NCBI GenBank assembly: GCA_037442825.1
Contig: JBBIPN010000004.1
Location: 1-34,647, forward strand
DNA from: Sulfurihydrogenibium sp.
GTDB taxonomy: Bacteria; Aquificota; Aquificia; Aquificales; Hydrogenothermaceae
Direction of reading: 5' to 3'
Length of the DNA stretch: 34,647 nucleotides
Positions 22,848 to 34,588 of this stretch are shown in pieces. Both the position numbers and the translations under genes were made by a program. How positions within the stretch are numbered: the stretch's first letter is position 1; each line of letters starts with the position of its first letter. The notes under the pieces were generated by a model. That model made no database searches, was not told the origin of the DNA, and saw nothing but the letters and a program-made list of their open reading frames with translations.

Positions 22848-24160
22848 TTATAATCTCCAGTATAAAAATCCTTCTTTTATAGCTTTTTCTTTATTATACA
22901 AACCTTTTACATCTATTAATATAGGATTATTTTTTGATATATCTTTAAAGTATTTAAAATCTAACTCTTCTATAAAAGGTATATGTTTTACTGCTACTAC
23001 TATCCCATCGTATGGACCCTTTTCTTTGATATCTTTTAAAAGTTTAATTTTGTATTCATGATATACTTCATCTGGATAAGCATATGGATCATATATGTAC
23101 ACTTCTATACCATACTCTAAAAGTTCATTGTATATATCAATTACTTTTGTATTTCTTATATCTGATATGTTTTCTTTAAATGTTAAGCCTAAAATTAGTA
23201 TATTACTTCCTTTAACTGGTTTACCAGCTTTTATAAGTTTTTTTATTGTATTCTCTGCTATGTATTTACCTATATAGTCATTTATTCTTCTTCCAGCTAA
23301 GATAACTTCTGGATGATATCCTATTGATTGAGCTTTAAACGTTAGATAGTATGGATCTACTCCTATACAGTGTCCTCCTACTAATCCAGGTTCAAACCTT
23401 AAAAAGTTCCATTTGGTTCCTGCAGCTTCTAATACTGCTTTTGTGTCTATTCCCATTTTATTAAAAATTATCGATAGTTCATTCATAAGTGCTATATTTA
23501 AATCCCTTTGTGTATTTTCTATTACTTTTGCTGCTTCTGCTGTTTTTATATCTGGTGCTTTGTGTATTCCAGCTGTTATTACACTTCCGTATAACTGAGC
23601 TAAAAATTCAGTAATTTCTGGTGTATCTCCTGCTACTACTTTTTTTATTTTGTCAATCGTATGCTGTTTATCTCCTGGATTTACTCTCTCTGGTGAATAA
23701 CCTACATTAAAATCTTTTTTCCATATTAATCCACTTTCTTTCTCTAATATAGGTATACATTCTTCTTCAGTAAGTCCAGGGTATACGGTAGATTCATATA
23801 CTACTATACTTCCTTTTTGTATATGTTTACCTACTGTTTTTGTAGCGGAAAGGATAGGCCCTAAATCTGGTATATTATGTTTGTCTATAGGCGTTGGAAC
23901 GGTTACTATTATAACTTTAGCTTCTGATAATTTTTCTGGGTTATATGTAAAATCTATAGTAGAGTTTTTAAGTCTTGGGATTCTACTTCTTTAGTTTTAT
24001 CATAACCTTCTTTAAGTTCTTTTATTCTTTGTGGATTAATGTCATAGCCAATAATATTAAACTTTCTATTAAGTAATACAGCTAATGGTAATCCTACATA
24101 TCCAAGACCTACAATAGCTATTTTCTCACTATTTCCAAGGAAAAAGTTTTCTATTTTCAT
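22848..24160 (-). pseudogene. UDP-N-acetylhexosamine 6-dehydrogenase (WbpO/TviB-like), split by one frameshift
   Basis: 5' part has GLGYVGLP. After the A5 run (plus-strand T 23965-23969) a second frame continues VPTPID, YESTVYPG, GYSPERVNPGD, AEAAKVIEN, PGLVGGHCIGVDP to 22848 with no stops. Adding one A restores a 437-aa ORF. Real mutation or sequencing error. Confidence 0.88.
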
Positions 24161-24210
24161 TCAATAGTCCTTTCCTTTTTTATTTTATTATATCATCTAA
24201 CTTGTAAAAG

Positions 24211-24858
24211 TTATTTTTTGTTTTTACTTTCACAATACCTATTTATAGGACATTCGATACATTTTGGTTTTACTGGTTTACAGATTGTTTGACCAAATGC
24301 TACAAATATAAAGTTTATATCTTTCCAATACTTTTTTGGTAAATTTTTCATAAGTTGAAATTCTGTTTCTTCTGGTGTTTTTGTGTTTACAAGACTTAAT
24401 CTATTTGATATTCTATGTACATGGGTATCTACACATATAGCTGCTTTGTTGAATCCTTCTGATAAAACTAAGTTTGCTGTTTTTCTTCCTACACCTTTTA
24501 AGGAGAGAAGTTTTTCTAATGTATCTGGCACCTTTGAGTTGTATTTTTCCATAATGGTTTTTGATATATCTTTTATAATTTTTGCTTTATTTTTGTAAAA
24601 TCCTACAGGATATATAAGTTTTTGAATTTCTTCTTCTGAAAGGTTTGCTATTTTTTCTGGTGTATCTGCTACTTTAAATAAATTTTCACTTGCTTTTGCT
24701 GTTATTTGATCTTTTGTCCTCAAACTTAAAATAGTGGCTATTAAAATTTTAAATGGATCTTTATCATTTTTAGCCATAAAACTTACAACTGGAGCGTCCC
24801 ATTTTTTACTTTCTTCTTTTAGGATGTTAAATATCTTTTTAAATATCTTTATATCCAT
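24211..24858 (-). CDS. nth: Endonuclease III
   Basis: HhH motif [16 protein letters not shown] and 4Fe-4S motif [17 protein letters not shown]. Confidence 0.95.
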   Translation of the reverse strand: MDIKIFKKIFNILKEESKKWDAPVVSFMAKNDKDPFKILIATILSLRTKDQITAKASENLFKVADTPEKIANLSEEEIQKLIYPVGFYKNKAKIIKDISKTIMEKYNSKVPDTLEKLLSLKGVGRKTANLVLSEGFNKAAICVDTHVHRISNRLSLVNTKTPEETEFQLMKNLPKKYWKDINFIFVAFGQTICKPVKPKCIECPINRYCESKNKK

Positions 24859-24859
24859 T

Positions 24860-27619
24860 TTAATCTAAATATTTCTTTAAAAATTGGCCAGTGTAGGATT
24901 TAGGATTGTTTATTATCATTTCTGGAGTTCCTTCTACTACTATTGAGCCACCTTTATCACCGCCTTCTGGTCCAAGGTCTATTATCCAGTCAGCAGATTT
25001 TATAATATCTAAGTTGTGTTCTATAACTACAACTGTATTACCCTTTTCTACAAGTTGATTTAAAACTTGGATTAGTTTTGCTACATCATGGGAATGAAGT
25101 CCAGTTGTAGGTTCATCTAATAAGTACAATGTTTTTCCAGTGTCTCTTTTTGAAAGCTCTCTGGCTAATTTTATACGTTGGGCTTCTCCACCACTTAAAG
25201 TAGTTGCTGGTTGTCCTAACTTTATATAATCAAGTCCTACATCGTGAAGTAGTTTAAGTTTATTTCTAATGGTTGATATGTTTTCAAAAAATTCTAAAGC
25301 TTCTGCTACGGTCATATCAAGTATATCATTTATATTTTTTCCTTTATATAAAACTGATAATGTTTCTTTGTTATATCTTTTACCGTTGCAAACGTCGCAG
25401 GTTACATATATGTCTGGTAGAAAATGCATCTCTATTTTTACTACACCTTCACCTTGACATGCTTCGCATCTTCCACCTTTTACATTAAAAGAAAATCTTC
25501 CAGCTGTATATCCCCTAACTTTTGATTCTGGTGTTGAGGCAAAAAGTTCTCTTATATGGTCAAAAACTTTGGTATATGTTGCTGGATTAGAACGGGGCGT
25601 TTTGCCAATTGGTGATTGATCAACATTTATAACTTTATCTATATATTCCCAACCTTCTATCTTTTCATGTTTACCAATATCTTCAGATGTTCCATAAAAT
25701 CTATTTTTAGCTGCTTTCCAAAGAATATCATAAATAAGTGTAGATTTTCCACTGCCAGATACACCTGTTATTGCTACAAAAAGTCCAAGAGGTATTTCGA
25801 CATCTATACCTTTTAGGTTATGTTGACTTGCTTTGTATATAGTTAAAAATTTTCCATCTAACTTTCTTCTTTGTGATGGTACAGTAATTTTAAGTTTCTT
25901 ACTTAGATACTTACCTGTTAGAGAATGGGGATTGTTTTTTATCTCTTCCAATGTACCAACTGCTGTAATATATCCGCCATAAGCACCACTACCTGGTCCA
26001 ATATCAACTATAAAGTCAGCTTCTTCTATAGTTTCAAGGTCATGTTCTATAACTATTACAGTGTTTCCTAAATTTCTAAGTTCTTTTAAAGTATTTATAA
26101 GCTTCTGTGTGTCTCTTGGATGTAACCCAATTGATGGTTCATCAAGGACGTATAAAACACCAGATAGTTTAGAACCTATCTGAGTAGCAAGTCTTATTCT
26201 TTGTGCTTCTCCACCGCTTAAAGTAGTAGCTGACCTTTCTAAGGTTAAATAATCTAAACCAACATCTATCAAAAATTTCATTCTTTCTTTTATCTCTTTT
26301 ACTATTTTTTGAGAAATTAGCTTTTCTTTTTGAGACATTGGACTATTTTCAAATTCTGTAAAAAAATCAAAAGCTTGTTTTATATCCATTAAAACTATTT
26401 CAAATATGTTTTTACCAGCTACTAAAACAGTTAAAGCTTCTTTTTTTAGTCTTGAACCTTTACATGTAGGACATTTTATCTCTTTTATATACTTTTCTAT
26501 TTCTTCTCTGTATCGTTCATTTTCTGTTTCAAGATATTTTTTTTCAAGATGTGGTATTATTCCTTCAAAATAACCATCTCCATATAGTAGATTTTTTTTA
26601 ATATAATCAGGTAAATCCTTAAACTTTGTGTATTTGTTTATTCTGTAAGTAGAAAGCATTTCACTTAATATCGATTTTATATACTTAAAAGATAAAGTAT
26701 CTGATATTCTAAAAGCTTCTATAGCTGACCTATCATAATCTATAAGCAAACTTTCATCTATTTTGTGTATTATACCAAGCCCTTTACAAAAAGGGCAGGC
26801 ACCGTATGGACTGTTAAATGAAAAAAGTCTTGGAGAAATTTCAGATATAGAAAAATTATGTTCTGGACAAGCAAATTTCTCACTAAAAATTAGATCTTTA
26901 TTTTCATCAACAAAATTTACTATTACCAAACCATCTGATAGTTTTAAAGCTTGTTCTACAGAGTCATTCACCCTTGTCATGCTGCCTTCTTTTATAACAA
27001 TTCTATCCACAATTACTTCTATTGAGTGTTTTTTATTTTTTTCAAGTGGTGTTATCTCTTCTGTTAGATACACTTCTCCATCTATCCTAACTCTTGGATA
27101 TCCCATCCTTTTTATCTTCTCTAAAGTTTCTTTATGCTCTCCTTTTTGTCCTCTAACCAATGGTGCAAGAATTTGGATCCTTGTTCCTTCTTTTAAAGAG
27201 ATTATACTTTCTGATATATCTTGAGCTGATTGAGAAGATATAACTTTACCACATTCTGGGCAGTGTGGCTTTCCTACTCTTGCAAATAGGAGTCTTAAGT
27301 AATCATAAATCTCTGTAATGGTTCCAACTGTAGATCTTGGATTTTTTGATGTGGTTTTTTGATCTATAGCTATAGCTGGTGATAAACCTTCAATGCTATC
27401 TACATCTGGTTTTTCCATTATACCTAAAAATTGTCTTGCATACGCTGACAAACTTTCAACATACCTTCTTTGTCCTTCTGCATAGATAGTATCAAAAGCT
27501 AAAGATGATTTTCCAGAACCTGAAGGACCTGTAATTACAATTAATTTATTTTTAGGAAGTTCTAAATCTATATTTTTTAAGTTGTGTTGTCTTGCACCAT
27601 GTATTACTATTTTATCCAT
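24860..27619 (-). CDS. uvrA: Excinuclease ABC subunit A
   Basis: GARQHNLKN, two Walker A motifs (GSGKSS, GSGKST), two LSGGEAQRI signatures and Zn fingers. Confidence 0.99.
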   Translation of the reverse strand: MDKIVIHGARQHNLKNIDLELPKNKLIVITGPSGSGKSSLAFDTIYAEGQRRYVESLSAYARQFLGIMEKPDVDSIEGLSPAIAIDQKTTSKNPRSTVGTITEIYDYLRLLFARVGKPHCPECGKVISSQSAQDISESIISLKEGTRIQILAPLVRGQKGEHKETLEKIKRMGYPRVRIDGEVYLTEEITPLEKNKKHSIEVIVDRIVIKEGSMTRVNDSVEQALKLSDGLVIVNFVDENKDLIFSEKFACPEHNFSISEISPRLFSFNSPYGACPFCKGLGIIHKIDESLLIDYDRSAIEAFRISDTLSFKYIKSILSEMLSTYRINKYTKFKDLPDYIKKNLLYGDGYFEGIIPHLEKKYLETENERYREEIEKYIKEIKCPTCKGSRLKKEALTVLVAGKNIFEIVLMDIKQAFDFFTEFENSPMSQKEKLISQKIVKEIKERMKFLIDVGLDYLTLERSATTLSGGEAQRIRLATQIGSKLSGVLYVLDEPSIGLHPRDTQKLINTLKELRNLGNTVIVIEHDLETIEEADFIVDIGPGSGAYGGYITAVGTLEEIKNNPHSLTGKYLSKKLKITVPSQRRKLDGKFLTIYKASQHNLKGIDVEIPLGLFVAITGVSGSGKSTLIYDILWKAAKNRFYGTSEDIGKHEKIEGWEYIDKVINVDQSPIGKTPRSNPATYTKVFDHIRELFASTPESKVRGYTAGRFSFNVKGGRCEACQGEGVVKIEMHFLPDIYVTCDVCNGKRYNKETLSVLYKGKNINDILDMTVAEALEFFENISTIRNKLKLLHDVGLDYIKLGQPATTLSGGEAQRIKLARELSKRDTGKTLYLLDEPTTGLHSHDVAKLIQVLNQLVEKGNTVVVIEHNLDIIKSADWIIDLGPEGGDKGGSIVVEGTPEMIINNPKSYTGQFLKKYLD

Positions 27620-29208
27620 TTCTCTCCTTCTAGTAGAAGTTGTTTTGCAAGATTTATAGATTCTTTGTTTACAATACCACTTAACATTCTTGCAATTTCT
27701 TTTATTCTATTTTCATGGTCAAGGTTGTTTACAACTGCTATAGTTTTTCCATCTAAATCTATCTTATCAATGTGGAAATGTTTATCTCCAACAACTGCTA
27801 TCTGTGGAAGATGTGTTACTAATATAACTTGGGAATCTTTTGATAACTCTTTTAGTTTCTTTGCCATTTCTATGGCTGCCTTTCCACCTATTCCAGTATC
27901 TATCTCATCAAAGATTAAAGTATCGACAGATTTTTTTGATATTAATTTTAAAATTAAAGAAAGTCTTGAAATTTCACCACCTGATGCTACATCTGAAAGT
28001 AATTTTGGTTCATAACCAGCATTTGCAGAAAATAAAAATGTGATTTTATCAATACCGTATCTATCGAGAAACTTTTCTTCGATTAACATCTTAAAGTTTG
28101 CTGATTTAAAACCAATATCATTTAAACCTTCAACAACTAAATCTTCAAACTCTTTAATTTTTGATTTTCTTATCTGTGATATTTTGTTAGCAAGAGATAA
28201 AACATTTTCTTCTAAAGTTTTAAGATTTTTTTCTAATATTGGGATGTTGTCTTCCATTGAAATTAGACTTTCAAGTTCTATTTTTAAATTTTCCAGCAAA
28301 CTGTTTAGTTCATTGGCAGATGTGTTATACTTTCTTTCTAAGCTGTTGATTAAGTTTAATCTATCTTCAACTTCTTGAAACCTATAAGGATCCAAATTTA
28401 CATCAAAATTTTCTAACATATAGTATGTATTTTCTATTAAAGCTTTAGCTTCTTCTAAATTGCTATAAATATTTTTTAAATCTTGGTTAATATCTTTTAT
28501 TTTGTTAAACTGCTTAATAATTTGTGAAAGAATAGGTAAAACGCTTATGTTTTCGCTAGACAAAACAGCTTTTGAATACTCTAAAATCTCTCTGATGTCA
28601 GATAAACTAGATAGATATTTATACTCTTCTTCTAACTTTTGTTTTTCTCCAGGTTTAATGTTTGCTTGTTGTAATTCATTTATCTGAAAATTTAAAAAAT
28701 CTATCTTTCTCTGATTTTCGGATTTTTTACTAACTATTTCTTCATACTCTCTTTTTAGTTTTATATATTGTTGATATAGATTTTGAAATGTTTTTAATTT
28801 ATCATCTATCTTTAAAAATTTATCGTAAATTTCTCGATGGTAGTCAAGGTTGAATAGTTTTTGGTTTGAATGTTGACCATGGATTTCAATAACTTCTTTT
28901 GAGATATCGTCTATCAATGACTTTCCAACTTTTCTACCATTTAAGTAATAGAAACTTTTACCATTTTTTATCTCTCTTGCTAAAATTAAAATGCCATCTT
29001 CAGAAAATTGATTTTCTAATTCAAAAACAACTTCAACATAATCACCATCTTCATAAATTCCTTTCTCACCAAGAACAAAAGATATAGCATCTACTATCAA
29101 AGATTTACCAACACCACTTTCACCTGTAAAAACATTTAACCTATTTGAAAGTTCTACTTCTATGTTTTTTAGATAAAGAAATTTGTCTATTTTAATTTGA
29201 TTTAACAA
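27607..29208 (-). CDS. recN: DNA repair protein RecN
   Basis: [15 protein letters not shown], coiled coil, [18 protein letters not shown] and THLPQIA. Confidence 0.96.
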   Translation of the reverse strand: MLNQIKIDKFLYLKNIEVELSNRLNVFTGESGVGKSLIVDAISFVLGEKGIYEDGDYVEVVFELENQFSEDGILILAREIKNGKSFYYLNGRKVGKSLIDDISKEVIEIHGQHSNQKLFNLDYHREIYDKFLKIDDKLKTFQNLYQQYIKLKREYEEIVSKKSENQRKIDFLNFQINELQQANIKPGEKQKLEEEYKYLSSLSDIREILEYSKAVLSSENISVLPILSQIIKQFNKIKDINQDLKNIYSNLEEAKALIENTYYMLENFDVNLDPYRFQEVEDRLNLINSLERKYNTSANELNSLLENLKIELESLISMEDNIPILEKNLKTLEENVLSLANKISQIRKSKIKEFEDLVVEGLNDIGFKSANFKMLIEEKFLDRYGIDKITFLFSANAGYEPKLLSDVASGGEISRLSLILKLISKKSVDTLIFDEIDTGIGGKAAIEMAKKLKELSKDSQVILVTHLPQIAVVGDKHFHIDKIDLDGKTIAVVNNLDHENRIKEIARMLSGIVNKESINLAKQLLLEGEKWIK

Positions 29209-29238
29209 AGAAAACCTCTTATAGTTTATAAAAGTCTG

Positions 29239-30408
29239 TTAATCTCTACCAAAAACATCTCTTGTATAGACTTTATCTAAAACATCACTTAATTCATTGC
29301 TTATTCTATTTGCTAAAATTAAATCTGAGTTTGCCTTTAATGTATCTAAATCTACTACATCAAAATCAAGAAATTTGTTTTCTTTTATAAGTGGTTCATA
29401 TATAATAACGTTTATATTTTTTGCTTTTAAATACTCTATAATATCTATTATTGCAGCCTCTCTAAAGTTATCTGACTCTGATTTCATTGTTAATCTATAT
29501 ACACCTACTACATTGGGGTTTCTTTTTAATATCTGCTCTGAAATATAAAACTTCCTTGCTATATTTGATTCGATAGTCGCTTTTATTAAATAATGTGGTA
29601 TGTTTTTTTCCATATAGTTTGCAAGTAGTTGTTTTGTATCTTTTGGTAAGCAATAACCACCAAAGCCAAAGGATGGATTGTTGTAGTACATTCCAATCCT
29701 TGGGTCTAAACATACACCTTCTGTAATTTCTTTTGTATTTAAATTATGAGATTCTGCAAAAGTGTCAAGTTCATTAAAAAAAGCTACTCTCATAGCCAAG
29801 TATGTATTTGCAAAAAGTTTGATACTTTCTGCTTCCATCGATCCAGTGTAAACTATAGGAATATCTTTTTTTAATGCACATTCTAAAAGTAAATTTGCAA
29901 ACTTTTCTGCTCTTTTACTTCTTTCACCAATAACTATTCTTGATGGATATAGATTATCATACAAAGCTTTTCCTTCCCTTAAAAACTCTGGAGAAAAAAT
30001 TATGTTGTCTGTTTTAAATTTATTCTTTATAGATTCAGTATAACCAATAGGTATTGTTGATTTTATTATCAGGATAGCATCTGGATTTATTGCTAAAACT
30101 TCTTTTATAACAGATTCAACAGATTTTGTGTTAAAGTAGTTTGTAATTGGGTCATAATCTGTAGGTGTTGCTATTATGATATATTCACTATCACTGTAAG
30201 CTTCATGGGGATCTAAAGTAGCTTTTAGATTTAAATTTTTAGTTTTAAGGTATTCTTGAATATCTTTATCTATAATAGGTGATATTTTATTGTTTATAAG
30301 TTCTACTTTTTTAGGATCTATATCTTTTATAACTACTTGATTTTTTTGTGCAAGTAAAACCGCATTTGATAAACCAACGTATCCAGCACCAGCTACAGCT
30401 ATCTTCAT
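29239..30408 (-). CDS. ugd: UDP-glucose 6-dehydrogenase
   Basis: [41 protein letters not shown] and KVYTRD. Confidence 0.95.
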   Translation of the reverse strand: MKIAVAGAGYVGLSNAVLLAQKNQVVIKDIDPKKVELINNKISPIIDKDIQEYLKTKNLNLKATLDPHEAYSDSEYIIIATPTDYDPITNYFNTKSVESVIKEVLAINPDAILIIKSTIPIGYTESIKNKFKTDNIIFSPEFLREGKALYDNLYPSRIVIGERSKRAEKFANLLLECALKKDIPIVYTGSMEAESIKLFANTYLAMRVAFFNELDTFAESHNLNTKEITEGVCLDPRIGMYYNNPSFGFGGYCLPKDTKQLLANYMEKNIPHYLIKATIESNIARKFYISEQILKRNPNVVGVYRLTMKSESDNFREAAIIDIIEYLKAKNINVIIYEPLIKENKFLDFDVVDLDTLKANSDLILANRISNELSDVLDKVYTRDVFGRD

Positions 30409-30474
30409 AAAGCCTCCAATAAATTTTATGTTATAATTATTTTACCATGATAGAAAATAAACCAATTTTAAAAA

Positions 30475-31416
30475 ATGGATAGTAGTAGGCAGCCTTTATT
30501 AAAGGTTGAACATTTACATAAAAGGTATATTATTAAAAACTCTTTTTTTAAGAAAGAGTATTTTGAAGCAGTATCTGATGTAACTTTTGAAGTTTGTAAA
30601 AATCAGGTTGTTGGATTAGTAGGTGAGTCTGGTAGTGGAAAATCTACAATAGGAAAGATAGTTTTAAACCTTATAAAGTTAGATGAAGGGAAAGTGTATT
30701 TTGAAGGTAAAGATATTACAAACAACTTACCAAAGGAGATAAGAAAAGATATATCAATAATATTCCAAGATCCAAGAACTTCCCTAAACCCACGATTTAA
30801 ATTATACGATATTCTAAATGAACCATTGATAGTTAATAAAGTACCTAAGACTCAAAGAGAAGAAATCATAGTAAGCACTATCAAAGCTGTAAAATTAGAT
30901 GAAAGTTTTTTAGTTAGATACCCCCATGAACTTTCTGGTGGTCAAAGACAGAGAGTTGCTATAGGAAGGTCTATTATACTAAATCCAAAGCTTATAGTTG
31001 CAGATGAACCAACTTCTGCCCTTGATGTTACTATTCAGCTTGAAATTATAAACTTACTAAAAAGTTTAAAAAAAGAAAGAGGAATAAGTTTTCTTTTTAT
31101 TTCACATGATTTAAATGTAGTTAGTGACTTTTCAGATTATATTGTTGTCCTTTATAAAGGGAAAATAATGGAAAAAGGAAGTAAGTTAGACATTATCAAA
31201 AACCCATTACATCCTTATACAAAAATACTTTTTGAAAGCTTACCAACTATACATCCAAAATTTAGGAAAGATAGATATATACCATTAGATATAGATAATG
31301 ATTCATTTGTAGGTTGTGAATTTTATAGTAGATGTCCTATTAAAACAGAAAAATGTAAAGAAAAACCTATTTTAAAAACAATAGATAACAGAGAGGTTTA
31401 CTGCCATTTTGTATAA
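30475..31416 (+). CDS. Oligopeptide/dipeptide ABC transporter ATP-binding protein (OppF/AppF-like)
   Basis: GESGSGKST, FQDP, LSGGQRQR, ADEPTSALD, HPYT and C-terminal Cys motif GCEFYSRC...C...CH. Confidence 0.93.
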   Translation: MDSSRQPLLKVEHLHKRYIIKNSFFKKEYFEAVSDVTFEVCKNQVVGLVGESGSGKSTIGKIVLNLIKLDEGKVYFEGKDITNNLPKEIRKDISIIFQDPRTSLNPRFKLYDILNEPLIVNKVPKTQREEIIVSTIKAVKLDESFLVRYPHELSGGQRQRVAIGRSIILNPKLIVADEPTSALDVTIQLEIINLLKSLKKERGISFLFISHDLNVVSDFSDYIVVLYKGKIMEKGSKLDIIKNPLHPYTKILFESLPTIHPKFRKDRYIPLDIDNDSFVGCEFYSRCPIKTEKCKEKPILKTIDNREVYCHFV

Positions 31417-32674
31417 CTATATCTTAGAACTATTTTTACTGTTAATAACGGTTTTAGTAGCTGGTTTTTTTGCTGCTATTGAATCTTCATTTTTTTCTTT
31501 AGATAGAATAAAAATAAAAAAGTTATCTAATAAAGGTTTAAAATCTGTAAAGTTAGTAGAATTTCTCAGAAACAATCCAAAAGAGTTAGTTATAACATTT
31601 TTATTAGGTAATGAAATTGCTAATATAGCTGCTACAGCTTTTGTTGCTTCATTAACTATAAATTATTTTGGAAAAGAGTATTTATTTTTTGGAGCAATTT
31701 TTAGTGCATTACTTCTTTTGAGTTTAGGAGACATTACGCCTAAATTAATAGGTTCAAGCTATCCAGAAAAGTATGCTTTAAAGACAGTAAAAGTTTTTTA
31801 TATTTTCTATCTTTTATTTACACCTTTTAGATTTATTATTTTAAAAATAACAGAAACTATTTTAAATAAATTAGGAATAGAATTAGTCACTGAAGAGCAC
31901 AAAATAACAGAAGAAGATTTAAGAGTTTTAGTCCAAAATGCTACAGAACATAATATTTTAAATCAAGAAGAAAAACTTTTAATAGAAAACACTTTAAACC
32001 TTTCTGAAATCTCAATAACTGAAATAATGGTTCCAAGAAGAGACATATTTGCCGTTGAAAAAGGAATAACAATAAAAGAACTTTCTACATTACTTGAAGA
32101 TAAAGATTATAGTAGGATCCCAGTGTATGAGAAAGATTTAGATAGTATTGTTGGAATAATATATTTAAAAGATATACTATTTTTAATTTATGAAGGAAAA
32201 GAAGAAAAGATAGATTCATTTATAAAACCTATCTTATTTTTTCCTGAGTTTACTACTGTTTTAGATGCAATGAAAAAATTTAATGAAGAAAAACAAAACA
32301 TGGCTATAGTAGTAGATGAACACGGAACAACTGTAGGTTTAATAACATACAAAGATATAATTGAAACAGTAGTCGGTGATATACCGGAAGAGTTTGAACC
32401 AGAAGAACCTAGTATAAAACAAGTTTCAGAAAATATTTGGATTGTACTAGGTAAAGTAGATGCAACATTCCTTTCTGAGGAGTTAAATATAAAACTACCT
32501 GATGATTATGATTTTGATACAGTTGGCGGTTTTATATTAGATTATCTAAAAAGATTTCCAGAAGAAGGAGAAGAAATTATTGTAGATAGTTATAAAATAA
32601 AAATTTTAATTATGAGTAGTAATAGGATAGAAAAGGTTATGATAGAAAAGTTGGAAAATGATAAAGGAGAGTAA
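31409..32674 (+). CDS. CNNM/CorB (TlyC, DUF21-CBS-CorC) Mg/Co transporter family protein
   Basis: FFAAIESSFFS, GDITPK, IMVPRRD, YSRIPVY, VVDEHG and DTVGG. Confidence 0.92.
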   Translation: MYNYILELFLLLITVLVAGFFAAIESSFFSLDRIKIKKLSNKGLKSVKLVEFLRNNPKELVITFLLGNEIANIAATAFVASLTINYFGKEYLFFGAIFSALLLLSLGDITPKLIGSSYPEKYALKTVKVFYIFYLLFTPFRFIILKITETILNKLGIELVTEEHKITEEDLRVLVQNATEHNILNQEEKLLIENTLNLSEISITEIMVPRRDIFAVEKGITIKELSTLLEDKDYSRIPVYEKDLDSIVGIIYLKDILFLIYEGKEEKIDSFIKPILFFPEFTTVLDAMKKFNEEKQNMAIVVDEHGTTVGLITYKDIIETVVGDIPEEFEPEEPSIKQVSENIWIVLGKVDATFLSEELNIKLPDDYDFDTVGGFILDYLKRFPEEGEEIIVDSYKIKILIMSSNRIEKVMIEKLENDKGE

Positions 32675-33912
32675 TGGTTAGTTATATAGTACTAATTGCA
32701 GTTTTTATATTTTTTGAAGCATTGTTTTCTGGTTCAGAAATAGCACTTTTTTCTGTAAATAAAACCAAGCTAAAATATAAAGCTTCAAGAGGAGATAAAA
32801 AAGCACAAAAAACCTATGAACTACTTGTAAAACATTATAGTGAATATATATCTATTGGGTTAATAGGTACAATTCTTAGTATTACTTTTGCTACAACGAC
32901 ATTTGTATCTTTGCTTCATTCTTTATCTTTTAATTTTCCATTTTTAGTAAAAAAAGAAGAACTTTTTGGAGAAGCTATAGTTATACTTACTTTAATATTT
33001 GGAGAGGTAATCCCAAAAAGTATATTCCAACATTATGCAGATGATATTATCTATTATGTTGTTTATTTCTTAGAACTATACAGAAAAATATTCAAACCAT
33101 TTTTAATATTTGCAAATCTTGTTAATAAAATCGTTTTTAAAGTATTTAAAATTAGCTCTAAGGATGAAAAGGTATTCAATAAAGAAGAAATCCTTGATAT
33201 TCTTTTATCAGAAGTTAAAGATATTGATGAACTTAAAAAGAAAATATTTGCTAACATCCTTATCTTTAGTGAAAGAAGACTATCAGAAATTGTTATTCCT
33301 TTATCTGATGTGGTTGCTGTTTCAGATGATAAAAAGGTAGCTGATATCGTACCTATTTTTAAAGAGACTAACTATTCACGAATACCTGTATATAGAAAGA
33401 GAATAGACCAAATTATTGGATTTATTAGGTCTTACGATTTAATTTATGCAAAGCCAGAAGAACGTATAACTAAATATATGAAAGGTATAAGATATCTTCC
33501 AGAGTTTGCAAATTTACCAAATGTTTTAAAGGGATTTAAACATTATAAAGACCATATTGCTGTAGTTGTTGATGAGAGAGGTGCAACTATGGGAATAATT
33601 ACCTTAAGAGATGTTTTAGAAGAGATTATAGGAGAAATTAAAGATGAGTTTGTAAAAAAGGATAGGATAAAAATAAAAAAGCAAAGTTTAACAGAGATAG
33701 TAACAGATGGACTAATGGAAATTAAAGAGTTAAAAACGCTTTTGGATATAGATTTACCACCTGGACCTTATGAAACGGTAAATGGTTTAATTACTTATAT
33801 TCTTGGAAGAATGCCAAAGAAAGGAGAAGTTATTAGAATAGATAACTATAATTTTGAAATCTTAAAGGTAGAGAAAAGAAGGATTTTAGAGATAAAGATA
33901 AGTAAATTATAA
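32674..33912 (+). CDS. Second CNNM/CorB (DUF21-CBS-CorC) family protein
   Basis: FSGSEIALFS, GEVIPKS, YSRIPVY, VVDERG, DVLEEIIGEIKDE and YETVNG. Confidence 0.92.
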   Translation: MVSYIVLIAVFIFFEALFSGSEIALFSVNKTKLKYKASRGDKKAQKTYELLVKHYSEYISIGLIGTILSITFATTTFVSLLHSLSFNFPFLVKKEELFGEAIVILTLIFGEVIPKSIFQHYADDIIYYVVYFLELYRKIFKPFLIFANLVNKIVFKVFKISSKDEKVFNKEEILDILLSEVKDIDELKKKIFANILIFSERRLSEIVIPLSDVVAVSDDKKVADIVPIFKETNYSRIPVYRKRIDQIIGFIRSYDLIYAKPEERITKYMKGIRYLPEFANLPNVLKGFKHYKDHIAVVVDERGATMGIITLRDVLEEIIGEIKDEFVKKDRIKIKKQSLTEIVTDGLMEIKELKTLLDIDLPPGPYETVNGLITYILGRMPKKGEVIRIDNYNFEILKVEKRRILEIKISKL

Positions 33913-33913
33913 G

Positions 33914-33986
33914 AGCGAGAGACGGGACTCGAACCCGCGACCTACTCCTTGGCAAGGAGTCGCTCTACCTACTGAGCTACTCTCGC
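33914..33986 (-). tRNA. tRNA-Gly (GCC), CCA not encoded
   Basis: GCGAGAG/CTCTCGC acceptor stem, D-arm TAGCTCAGTAGGTAGAGC, anticodon arm CTCCT-TGCCA-AGGAG and T-loop GGTTCGAGTCC. Discriminator T is followed by CTT. Confidence 0.97.
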
Positions 33987-34001
33987 ATTAAAGATATAAA
34001 T

Positions 34002-34030
34002 AATATATCATAAATCGAAAAAAATTTCAA
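34002..34030 (-). promoter_or_regulatory. Probable tRNA-Gly promoter (TTGAAA-N17-TATATT with TGn extension)
   Basis: Minus-strand -35 at 34030-34025 and -10 at 34007-34002, about 15 nt upstream of the tRNA. Confidence 0.55.
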
Positions 34031-34588
34031 ATCTTTATTATGACATTTATTTTAAATAATTTTATAAATTTTTGAATTAAGAGTTTTTTATCTGAGTTAT
34101 TAATAATGTTTTTATTATGGTAGTTATAAATATTGTCAAAATTTCTAATCTTTTCTTTGCTGTATCAGTTTTTTTTAACACATAATTTAAAACCCTTGAA
34201 AAATAAGGCTCTGTTAAAAGTTATACTAATTTTAAAAAAGTATTTTTTATCAATAAATTAATAATAGAGTTGTTGTATTTCTTTGTTTTGAGTGATGTGA
34301 AATTTGGAAATTGATTTAAATATCTGTTCTAAATATTGATAATGCTTGATATAAATAAGTATAAAATTGCGTATAAATATCAATATTTAAAAATTTTTTG
34401 ATATTTTTACTTCTAAATATCATTGCTTTCTAATTGTTGATAGTAAATGATTTGAAAGGTTAAATTTTGTTAATTTTTGGTTAATAGTTGCTAACCTGAG
34501 GTTTCCGGAAAATATATTCAATTTGCGGACTTTTTAATACCTCTTGACAAATTGAAAATTAATGTTTATAATTATATATAGATTTGAG
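34031..34588 (+). promoter_or_regulatory. AT-rich putative CRISPR leader with perfect sigma70 promoter (TTGACA 34544-34549, N17, TATAAT 34567-34572)
   Basis: About 550 nt with no listed ORF, very AT-rich. The consensus promoter points into the repeat. Confidence 0.65.

Noticed and set aside
23954..23975. Programmed -1 ribosomal frameshift at TTA AAA AC in the dehydrogenase
   Set aside because: A -1 slip would restore the frame, but there is no canonical X XXY YYZ heptamer or evident downstream structure, and I know of no recoding in this family.
16034..33340. Numerous other 60-153 aa ORFs nested in or antisense to housekeeping genes
   Set aside because: Fully overlapped by well-supported CDSs, with no independent coding evidence.
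34248..34406. IHF-consensus match (34248-34260) and 9-12 bp AT-only-rich inverted repeats (34330-34341/34378-34389; 34375-34383/34398-34406)
   Set aside because: Expected by chance in sequence this AT-rich. Not supportable without alignment to other leaders.
33914..34588. Integrative element or prophage att site at tRNA-Gly
   Set aside because: No integrase or duplicated tRNA 3' end is visible, and the tRNA 3' side directly abuts a housekeeping-type gene.
34031..34588. Replication origin or hidden small gene in the AT-rich stretch
   Set aside because: I found no DnaA-box cluster or credible reading frame. A CRISPR leader explains it better.
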